A program made the translations under genes and the position numbers. Below the pieces are notes generated by a model. The model did not search any database, was not told the origin of the DNA, and saw only the letters and a list, made by a program, of their open reading frames with translations. A stretch of 64,000 nucleotides of DNA, from positions 372,001-436,000 of the forward strand of contig NIVC01000230.1 of the NCBI GenBank assembly GCA_002269645.1, read 5' to 3'. This document shows positions 48,912 to 64,000 of this stretch, in pieces. The first letter of the stretch is position 1. Each line of letters begins with the position of its first letter. The DNA is from Macrostomum lignano (Eukaryota).

Positions 48912-49714
48912 ATAGCGCAGCTGCAAAGTCTACTTTCGATACATATCGGATACGTATTTTTTAACTAAGTGGATCTCTATGTGTGATATTCCTCTTTACT
49001 TCCTCTAAACTTTAAAACTTTAAACTTTCATACTCGCTACTAACGATAGTAGCTAAGTAGGAATTTTTCAGAATTTCAACTTTTCGCTAAACTACTTTTA
49101 AAAGTAGTGAAAATTTTAGTCGCAAACTTTTTAATCCAGAAAATGTTTTATAATTTGATTCTCTTATGAAGATGATATCTTGCCTATGCTATCGCATATA
49201 AAATACATTTGCTTCTGAACGTTCGGAACTAATAGTTTGAATTTATCAAGCGTCATTGTGCCGTAGCTTCCATCCCGCGATTCTACAGCTTTAAGTAGTC
49301 TTGAAAGCGCGTTTCCAATGTACTCTATGTTGAACTTTTTTGTATTAATCCTATGAAAAAATACTGTGCCGTTACTGTGAAACGAAAAAACGCCAAAACT
49401 ATTTTTATATGAAGTTATTATTCTGCGTCAGCTATTTTTGTAATAAATTGATTTGTCCATATGCATGTAGATAATCCGCATCATTTTGCCTACTTTCGGC
49501 TGGTATTCCTCATTTGAGTCGATATCATTTTAGTGAAATTTCTAAGATTGTATTATAACTATCTCAGTTTTAATTTTCTTTTCTATTAAAAAAGTTATGG
49601 ATATAAAATTATGTAGAAAAATATAGAGTTGCGGGTAGATGTACGGCTCGTACATGCAAATGAAGAGATTCCGTATACCACAATAAAGAGCTTATTAAAG
49701 GTTATGAAGATATG

Positions 49715-50025
49715 ATGAGAAGAGTGATAAGAGAGTAGCTGAGTAATAAGAGAGTGGCTGAGTGATAAAAAAACAGATAGAGTGAAAAGAGAGAGTGTGG
49801 CTGAGTGATAAGAGAGGGCAGAGTGATAAGAGAGGCAGAATGATAAGAGAGGGCGAGTGATAAGAGAGTGGCTGAGTGATAAGAAAGCGAGACAGAGTGA
49901 TAAGAAAGCGAGACAGAGTGATAAGAGAGGCAGAGTGATAAGAGAGAGACTGGCTGAGTGATAAGAAAGACAGGCAGAGTGACAAGAGAGTGGCTCAGTG
50001 ATAAGAAAGACAGACAGAGTGATAA
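49715..50025. repeat. Degenerate GAGTGATAAGAGAG minisatellite
   Basis: Direct reading of the sequence. Confidence 0.85.
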
Positions 50026-50389
50026 GAGCCGGTAGGAATGCGATAGGGAGATACCTGTGCAGATCCAGAGGCAGAGGCAATGACCTCTCAGTGCCAAGCT
50101 TAACAATAGCATGGTTGTACTGTGTCCCAGTTTTCCCTTCGGTTCTTATTGGTCCTAACCTGACTCCTCTCTTGCTAATGCTTTGCCTTGTCTCACCGGC
50201 CGGGGCGCAAAGCTATTTAGTGCAGAGTTAAGCTGGAGCTACGAGCTATGTTAAGTCTGACTCTCAGCTTCTATACTCTGGCTTAGTTATACAGTAGCAT
50301 TCAACTCGGTTCTGTGAGGACATGGAGCTACATTAGCCATGCCAGATACCTGCACTAAGTAAGTCTTCAGCATCCTTAACCTCCTTTTT

Positions 50390-58980
<8,591 letters not shown>

Positions 58981-59451
58981 ATTCGCTTCTCATTATTAAC
59001 TTTAATCTCCCCCGTATTCTCAGATCCCCCATCATTTTTGCTTCAGTCTCATCAATGCCAGAAATCTGTCAATCAAACGCTATTGACGCTTCCGGCTTGT
59101 AGCATAACGTATAAAAATCCCATCTGACCATTGCGGAAGAGCCAATGCCAACAATTTGAGCCGTCTGCGTGTGCACAGTTCCCGCCAGCTGCTGGGATCA
59201 TTTGGGCTGCAATGCGGAAAAGAATCAGCACCATATTTGCGTACATAATTGGGCTGTTTAGCATGCAGCAATTGATAAATATGCTAACATAGTGGCTAAT
59301 AATAATACAATCTATTGTCAATCTTCATTGTCATGTGGTCGGCTCTGATGTAGTAGTTCTCCTAAGTCCTCCTCACTCAATCTGCGTTGCTTTCCCCCTA
59401 CATGTAATTCTCTGATCTTACGCTGATTTTACGCCATTTCCCAGAGTTCTT

Positions 59452-62400
59452 CTCCCTTCTCCCCTGTCACCAATTCTCCCGTGTCACCAATTCTCCTCTG
59501 TCATCAATTCTCCCCTGTCACCAATTCTCCCCTGTCACCAATTCTCCCCTGTCACCAATTCTCCCGTGTCACCAATTCTCCTCTGTCACCAATTCTCCCC
59601 TGTCACCAATTCTCCCCTGTCACCAATTCTCCTCTGTCACCAATTCTCCTCTGTTACCAATTCTCCCCTGTCACCAATTCTCCCCTGTCACCAATTCTCC
59701 TCTGTTACCAATTCTCCCCTGTCACCAATTCTCCCCTGTCACCAATTTTCCCCTGTCACCAATTCTCCCCTGTCACCAATTCTCCCCTGTCACCAATTCT
59801 CCCCTGTCACCAATTCTCCCCTGTCACCAATTTTCCCCTGTCACCAATTCTCCTCTGTCACCAATTCTCCCCTGTCACCAATTCTCCCCTGTCACCAATT
59901 CTCCTCTTTCAACAATTCTCCTCTGTCACCAATTCTCCCCTGTCACCAATTCTCCTCTGTCACCAATTCTCCTCTGTCACCAATTCTCCCCTGTCACCAA
60001 TTCTCCTCTGTCACCAATTCTCCCCTGTCACCAATTCTCCCCTGTCACCAATTCTCCTCTTTCAACAATTCTCCTCTGTCACCAATTCTCCCCTGTCACC
60101 AATTCTCCTCTTTCACCAATTCTCCCCTGTCACCAATTCTCCTCTGTTACCAATTCTCCCCTGTCACCAATTCTCCCCTGTCACCAATTCTCCTCTTTCA
60201 CCAATTCTCCTCTGTCACCAATTCTCCCCTGTCACCAATTCCCCCTGTCAGCAATTCCCCCTGTCACCAATTCTCCCCTGTCACCAATTCTCCTCTGTTA
60301 CCAATTCTCCCCTGTCACCAATTCTCCCCTGTCACCAATTCTCCCCTGTCACCAATTCTCCTCTTTCACCAATTCTCCTCTGTCACCAATTCTCCCCTGT
60401 CACCAATTCTCCCCTGTCACCAATTCTCCTCTTTCAAAAATTCTCCTCTGTTACCAATTCTCCCCTGTCACCAATTCTCCCCTGTCACCAATTCTCCTCT
60501 GTTACCAATTCTCCCCTGTCACCAATTCTCCCCTGTCACCAATTCTCCTCTGTTACCAATTCTCCCCTGTCACCAATTCTCCCCTGTCACCAATTTTCCC
60601 CTGTCACCAATTCTCCCCTGTCACCAATTCTCCCCTGTCACCAATTCTCCCCTGTCACCAATTCTCCCCTGTCACCAATTTTCCCCTGTCACCAATTCTC
60701 CTCTGTCACCAATTCTCCCCTGTCACCAATTCTCCCCTGTCACCAATTCTCCTCTTTCACAATTCTCCTCTGTCACCAATTCTCCCCTGTCACCAATTCT
60801 CCCCTGTCACCAATTCTCCTCTTTCACCAATTCTCCCCTGTCACCAATTCTCCTCTGTTACCAATTCTCCCCTGTCACCAATTCTCCCCTGTCACCAATT
60901 CTCCTCTTTCACCAATTCTCCTCTGTCACCAATTCTCCCCTGTCACCAATTCCCCCTGTCACCAATTCTCCTCTTTCACCAATTCTCCCCTGTCACCAAT
61001 TCTCCTCTGTTACCAATTCTCCCTGTCACCAATTCTCCCCTGTCACCAATTCTCCCCTGTCACCAATTCTCCTCTTTCACTAATTCTCCTCTGTCACCAA
61101 TTCTCCCCTGTCACCAATTCTCCCCTGTCACCAATTCTCCTCTTTCAACAATTCTCCTCTGTCACCAATTCTCCCCTGTCACCAATTCTCCCCTGTCACC
61201 AATTCTCCTCTTTCACCAATTCTCCCCTGTCACCAATTCTCCTCTGTTACCAATTCTCCCCTGTCACCAATTCTCCCCTGTCACCAATTCTCCTCTTTCA
61301 CCAATTCTCCTCTGTCACCAATTCTCCCCTGTCACCAATTCCCCCTGTCAGCAATTCCCCCTGTCACCAATTCTCCCCTGTCACCAATTCTCCTCTGTTA
61401 CCAATTCTCCCCTGTCACCAATTCTCCTCTGTCACCAATTCTCCTCTTTCACCAATTCTCCTGTGTCACCAATTCTCCCCTGTCACCAATTCTCCTCTGT
61501 CACCAATTCTCCCCTGTCACCAATTCTCCTGTCACCAATTCTCCTCTTCACCAATTCTCCCCTGTCACCAATTCTCCCCTGTCACCAATTCTCCCCTGTC
61601 ACAATTCTCCCCTGTCACCAATTCTCCCCTGTCACCAATTCTCCTCTGTTACCAATTCTCCCCTGTCACCAATTCCCCCTGTCACCAATTCTCCCCTGTC
61701 ACCAATTCTCCTCTGTCACCAATTCTCCCCTGTCACCAATTCTCCCCTGTCACCAATTCTCCTCTGTCACCAATTCTCCCTGTTACCAATTCTCCCCTGT
61801 CACCAATTCTCCCTGTCACCAATTCTCCTCTGTTACCAATTCTCCCTGTCACCAATTCTCCCCTGTCACCAATTCCCCTGTCACCAATTCTCCCCTGTCA
61901 CCAATTCTCCCCTGTCACCAATTCTCCCTGTCACCAATTCTCCCTGTCACCAATTTTCCCCTGTCACCAATTCTCCTCTGTCACCAATTCTCCCCTGTCA
62001 CCAATTCTCCCCTGTCACCAATTCTCCTCTTCACAATTCTCCTCTGTCACCAATTCTCCCCTGTCACCAATTCTCCTCTGTCACCAATTCTCCTCTGTCA
62101 CCAATTCTCCCTGTCACCAATTCTCCTCTGTCACCAATTCTCCTGTCACCAATTCTCCCCTGTCACCAATTCTCCTCTTCAACAATTCTCCTCTGTCACC
62201 AATTCTCCCCTGTCACCAATTCTCCTCTTTCACCAATTCTCCCCTGTCACCAATTCTCCTCTGTTACCAATTCTCCCCTGTCACCAATTCTCCCCTGTCA
62301 CCAATTCTCCTCTTTCACCAATTCTCCTCTGTCACCAATTCTCCCCTGTCACCAATTCCCCCTGTCAGCAATTCCCCCTGTCACCAATTCTCCCCTGTCA

Positions 62401-63735
62401 CCAATTCTCCTCTGTTACCAATTCTCCCCTGTCACCAATTCTCCCTGTCACCAATTCTCCCCTGTCACCAATTCTCCTCTTTCACCAATTCTCCTCTGTC
62501 ACCAATTCTCCCTGTCACCAATTCTCCCTGTCACCAATTCTCCTCTTTCAAAAATTCTCCTCTGTACCAATTCTCCCCTGTCACCAATTCTCCCCTGTCA
62601 CCAATTCTCCTCTGTTACCAATTCTCCCCTGTCACCAATTCTCCCCTGTCACCAATTCTCTCTGTTACCAATTCTCCCCTGTCACCAATTCTCCCTGTCA
62701 CAACTAATTCTCCTCTGTCACCAATTCTCCCCTGTCACCAATTCTCCCCTGTCACCAATTCTCCTCTTTCAACAATTCTCCTCTGTCACCAATTCTCCCC
62801 TGTCACCAATTCTCCCCTGTCACCAATTCTCCTCTTTCACCAATTCTCCCCTGTCACCAATTCTCCTCTGTTACCAATTCTCCCCTGTCACCAATTCTCC
62901 CCTGTCACCAATTCTCCTCTTTCACCAATTCTCCTCTGTCACCAATTCTCCCCTGTCACCAATTCCCCCTGTCAGCAATTCCCCCTGTCACCAATTCTCC
63001 CCTGTCACCAATTCTCCTCTGTTACCAATTCTCCCCTGTCACCAATTCTCCTCTGTCACCAATTCTCCTCTTTCACCAATTCTCCTGTGTCACCAATTCC
63101 CCTGTCACCAATTCTCCTCTGTCACCAATTCTCCCCTGTCACCAATTCTCCTCTGTCACCAATTCTCCTCTTTCACCAATTCTCCCCTGTCACCAATTCT
63201 CCCCTGTCACCAATTCTCCCCTGTCATCAATTCTCCCTGTCACCAATTCTCCCCTGTCACCAATTCTCCTCTGTTACCAATTCTCCCCTGTCACCAATTC
63301 CCCCTGTCACCAATTCTCCCCTGTCACCAATTCTCCTCTGTCACCAATTCTCCTCTGTCACCAATTCTCCTCTGTTACCAATTCTCCCCTGTCACCAATT
63401 CCCCCTGTCACCAATTCTCCCCTGTCACCAATTCTCCCCTGTCACCAATTCTCCTCTTTCACCAATTCTCCTCTGTTACCAATTCTCCCCTGTCACCAAT
63501 TCTCCTCTGTCACCAATTCTCCCCTGTCACCAATTCTCCTCTTTCACCAATTCTCCTCTGTCACCAATTCTCCCCTGTCACCAATTCTCCTCTGTCACCA
63601 ATTCTCCCCTGTCACCAATTCTCCTCTGTCACCAATTCTCCCCTGTCACCAATTCTCCCCTGTCACCAATTCTCCTCTTTCACCAATTCTCCTCTGTCAC
63701 AATCCTCCCGTGTCACCAAATCCCCCTGTCACCAA
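59452..63735. repeat. 17-bp satellite, about 250 copies
   Basis: Unit TGTCACCAATTCTCC(C/T)C. The 1443-aa ORF is a product of this periodicity. Confidence 0.97.
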
Positions 63736-63774
63736 ATATCGCGCCTGGATATTTGACATGCTGGAATTCATTAG

Positions 63775-64000
63775 CATCTATACCCTCGCCAACAAAGCCA
63801 TGCGGTTGCTAGGACCTCAGAGGACGAGCCGAGCCGCTCGATTCCCGAGCTGGAGCAGCCTGTCGCAGTCAGTCCGCTGACTCGCCTGACTCAAGGCTGC
63901 CACCCCAGGCGGCTGAAATTCCCAGCGGCGAACAGCTGCTCCAGGCAGTTGCTGCTGGTGCTGGTTCTGTTCCTCTACCTCGGCTTCGGGGCCGCCGTTT
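63775..64000 (+). CDS. Partial exon of a probable two-pore-domain (K2P/KCNK-like) potassium channel, running off the window
   Basis: TTAG acceptor at 63774 opens a frame ending ...QLLLVLVLFLYLGFGAAVF, typical of K2P TM1. The start codon is not resolved. Confidence 0.55.

Noticed and set aside
59080-59271. Minus-strand ORF with an SWREL motif reminiscent of F-box or Elongin A regions
   Set aside because: Too short, with no supporting splice partners or other family motifs.
59481-63812. 1443-aa ORF and other long periodic ORFs (e.g. 11296-12180, 20657-21429, 35026-36165, 44604-46010, 50435-52631)
   Set aside because: They are translations of tandem repeats that lack stops in some frames. Most are intronic or open in several frames at once.

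Overview
Eukaryotic (metazoan) genomic DNA. GC-rich exons, GTGAGT/GTAAGT donors and minisatellite-filled introns suggest a free-living flatworm such as Macrostomum, which is an inference. Seven protein-coding genes were reconstructed by hand. On the minus strand: FBXL16 (5 exons), a single-exon Quiver/Sleepless-like Ly6 protein, and a 4-exon Egalitarian-like protein with three winged-helix repeats, a cold-shock-like OB domain and a TQT motif but no exonuclease domain. On the plus strand: a 4-exon gene that looks like a domesticated, catalytically degenerate hAT transposase, a 5-exon hnRNP F/H (qRRM) gene, a MYND-finger gene, and the start of a K2P channel exon at the window edge. Mobile elements are a deleted DD34D mariner with 198-bp TIRs, a tRNA-derived CORE-SINE, truncated RTE-like and I-group LINEs, and a full-length Loa-clade LINE with a 12-bp TSD inside a satellite. 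About 30 tandem arrays cover roughly 28 kb (40-45%) and account for most long ORFs in the ORF track. Best leads: the domesticated transposase gene, the exonuclease-less Egl-like protein, the G-tract-filled last intron of the hnRNP F/H gene, and the possibly intact Loa LINE with a splice acceptor just before ORF1.
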